DNA of 63,224 nucleotides, the filler included, from Folioceros fuciformis (lineage: Eukaryota): the NCBI GenBank assembly GCA_049999805.1. It is 35 parts of 35 records of this genome, joined end to end, with 100 filler letters (N's around TTAATTAATTAA, not from the genome) between each part and the next. Parts side by side here need not be neighbours in the genome. Positions count along the whole stretch, not along the records: positions 62,014 to 63,224 come from JBNGIO010007138.1; 34 more parts are not named here. One strand, 5' to 3'. This document shows positions 62,185 to 63,224 of the stretch, in pieces (position 1 is the first letter of the stretch; each line of letters begins with the position of its first letter). The notes under the pieces were generated by a model. That model was given only the letters and a program-made list of their open reading frames with translations. It did no database searches and had not been told where the DNA came from. The translations under genes and the position numbers were made by a program.

Positions 62185-63140
62185 GAAGGCTATGAGAAGA
62201 AAGGGCATGAGGACTGGGTCTGTAAGCTGTTGAAAACAATCTATGGTCTCAAGCAATCACCCAGGGCTTGGTATCAATGTATTGACGAATTCTTACTTGA
62301 GCTTGGCTTCAAAAAGAGTGATGCTGATTCGAATGTATATTTCCTGCAAGAAGACACAGGCTTCGTGGTGTTAGCGTTGTATGTGGATGACTGCATTTTG
62401 CTTGGCACATACCTTGAAGGAATAAACAAGGTGAAAGAACTCTTATCTGGCAGGTTCAATATGGTTGATGTAGGGGAACTCTCATTCTGTCTTGGCACAA
62501 CTCCTGCGAGATACATCAAATGGCACTTTGATTATTCATCAAGAGAAATACATTCATGATATGCTGTTTAAATATAAGTTGACAGTTGCTAAACCTGCTT
62601 CAACCCCTATGGAGGCAGGTAGTAGGCTTACGGCTAAGCATTCCCCAGTCACTGATTCTGAGAAGCTGGAGATGGAAAGTGTACCTTATTCTCAGGCTGT
62701 TGGGTCGTTCTTATTCTGTTCGAATCAAACAGGGCCAGATATATCACTGCCTGTTAGTATGTCTTCCCAATTCCTTAAACAACCTGGAAGAACTCACTGG
62801 ACTGCAGTGAAACGGATACTGAGGTATCTTAAAGGAACCAGCAGACATGGTATACACTACACTAAGCAGCAGTATGAAGGTGAGTCACTTATCTTGGTTG
62901 GCTACTATGATGCTGACTGGGCAGCAAATCCAGACTCCAGGAAATCAGTTTCATCCTATGCATTTTTGTTGGCTAGAGGAGCACCTGGTCATCTAAGAAA
63001 CAGACCACGGTTTCGTTATCATGCATAGAGTTAGAGTATTATGCTCTTACTCAAGCAACCAAAGAAGCAATCTGGCTACGAAGGCTCCTTAAGGATTTAG
63101 GGCAGGAGCAGACTCAGCCGACGACAATCTATTGTGATAG
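62185..63140 (+). mobile_element. Ty1/copia RT and RNase H fragment, frameshifted and 5'-truncated
   Basis: VCKLLKTIYGLKQSPRAW, LALYVDD, HWTAVKRILRYLKGT, YYDADWA...RKSVS, LEYYALTQATKEAIWL, TTIYCD. Confidence 0.93.
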
Positions 63141-63224
63141 CTGTGGAGGCAAAACCCCGAGCACTGATTGCCGACGAGTTCCACCTTTAGTGGCCACACT
63201 TATCCCACTGTCGTTGAGACATTG

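Overview
This window is not contiguous DNA. It holds 35 short contigs (about 1-4.5 kb) joined by 34 identical 100-bp artificial spacers (N44-TTAATTAATTAA-N44), so neighbours across a spacer carry no biological meaning. The contigs are nuclear DNA of a land plant. Short spliceosomal introns, an ACR3 pseudogene, a probable Hydin fragment and a carboxypeptidase Q gene point to a non-flowering lineage with flagellated sperm; the species cannot be determined. Recognisable genes or fragments: SDR42E1-like 3-beta-HSD, DPM1, a plastid-type FHA protein, Hydin-like, STAR1/ABCI17, TDRD3/RMI1-N-like, an intronless PILS carrier, a B3/REM factor, MND1 3' exons, a GT61 glycosyltransferase, a PMEI-pectin methylesterase, an At3g52610-like protein and CPQ. 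The remainder is Ty3/gypsy, Ty1/copia and pogo remnants, minisatellites and microsatellites. The strongest leads are: (1) a gypsy gag-pol junction with one in-frame UGA-CGG stop followed by a stem-loop, a candidate readthrough signal; (2) a plant gene whose motifs track cyanobacterial OprB/SomA-type porins from end to end; (3) an intron-rich animal/bacterial-type CPQ; (4) a head-to-head telomere-repeat palindrome at a truncated copia junction. All family calls come from motif recognition by eye; no searches were run.
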